Positions 63,136-64,000 of a stretch of DNA of 64,000 bases are shown here, piece after piece (position 1 is the first letter of the stretch; every line of letters begins with the position of its first letter). Under the pieces are notes generated by a model. The model did no database searches and was not told the DNA's origin. It saw only the letters and a list, made by a program, of their open reading frames with translations. The translations under genes were made by a program, and so were the position numbers. Source of the DNA: Mobula hypostoma (taxonomy: Eukaryota); assembly GCF_963921235.1 (NCBI RefSeq), contig NC_086097.1, positions 154,940,001 through 155,004,000 on the forward strand. The letters are read 5' to 3'.

Positions 63136-63795
63136 CAGAAGGGGAAGTTTAGCTCTTGCTGTTCCATTGAACATTATAAAAATCCTTACACAGATATCTT
63201 GGATTTTGTACTGGATTCTTAACACGGACTTTTCCAAAATATTTGAACTTTTCAGCAGCCTGAACTATAACGCCAAGCATGGATTTAAGTACCTTGAACA
63301 AGAAATCTGCATCAGAACAAATGTGATTCCAGTTCAATTCCTTGAAGTCATAAGGCACATCAAACTCCCTCATAATACCACAGAACTAATTGCTAGATAA
63401 TTTGAAGGTGACATCAAATTCTTGCTCAATTTTTATGGCCTAGTCAATCATGAACTAACTATTTCAATTATTTTAATATATGGTGAGTGTAGTTTGCCTT
63501 CTTTAAGTATTGGATGTGTGTTACCCCAAAATTTGACTTTACTTCCTAGTCTTTCATTAGTCAGTGATAGAGACAGTCAATGCAGCTGCACTGGCTCGGA
63601 AAGACAAAAGTTAAACTGTTGCAAAGCTGGAGATCAGGTAAGTAATGCAAGAACATTTGCAAATGTGCCATTGATATGTACTTATAAAATAGCTCATTTT
63701 GCATTTTATTATTTTGCTCCCTTCAAATCATTTTCCTCTTGTCCTAGAGGAAGTGGCACATGCTGGATCTTGAAAGGTGGTTCTACATAAACTAA
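63136..63795 (+). pseudogene. Candidate three-exon fragment of an unidentified plus-strand (pseudo)gene
   Basis: Exon-like blocks 63136-63482, 63561-63637 and 63748 onward have consensus AG and GT(A/G)AGT sites, short introns (78 and 110 nt) and compatible phases. There is an in-frame TAA at 63398-63400 and I recognise no homolog. Confidence 0.3.
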
Positions 63796-64000
63796 GTGGA
63801 TTTGTTATAGTTCTAGTCTAAAACTTAATGTTGACTTCAGAAGTAAAGAATATAAGAGGTAGGAGGAGGAAAAAGCGGTTGTAACCCTTGCAACCCCTCC
63901 ATATTTCATGGTGGATCTTTTACCTCAGTGCTGTATTCTAAATGCACTATTCCTTTAACTCCTTCAAATGCAAAAGTTACATTTGTAAGCTTATGCAGCT

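Noticed and set aside
63149..63373. 74-aa minus-strand ORF as a host exon
   Set aside because: There are no minus-strand splice sites bounding it and no collagen or VWA similarity. The splice signals in this region are on the plus strand.
1..64000. Prokaryotic-style systems (CRISPR arrays, operons, retrons, defence islands)
   Set aside because: There are no regularly spaced repeat-spacer arrays or gene-dense operons. All RTs belong to eukaryotic retrotransposon clades and the DNA has spliceosomal exon structure.

Overview
This is eukaryotic (vertebrate) genomic DNA, not prokaryotic. The repeat inventory (abundant CR1, V-SINE/HE1-like and Deu-domain SINEs, Penelope-like elements, Rex1, Hero) suggests a cartilaginous fish, which is an inference. 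The window lies inside a minus-strand collagen gene that best matches col22a1. Only two small coding exons are present (31826-31900 and 25222-25321); neither is resolved as an exon by the ORF track, and they were recognised by splice sites and by remembered COL22A1 sequence. The rest is very large introns filled with decayed transposons. These include four two-LTR Gypsy elements with target-site duplications, a four-level nest (CR1 > Gypsy > CR1 > Rex1), Hero and Tx1 3' ends, and hAT/Buster derivatives. Several Penelope-like pLTRs carry minimal type-I hammerhead ribozyme motifs. The best candidate for an interesting system is this set of hammerhead-bearing pLTR units; one copy with an intact core (47476-47515) is in sense orientation within the collagen pre-mRNA. 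Other candidates are a Tx1 3' end sitting immediately upstream of a Gypsy gag ATG, and possible decayed exons of an unidentified plus-strand gene nested in the collagen introns. No intact autonomous transposon ORF was seen. Family names come from motif recognition by eye, not database searches.
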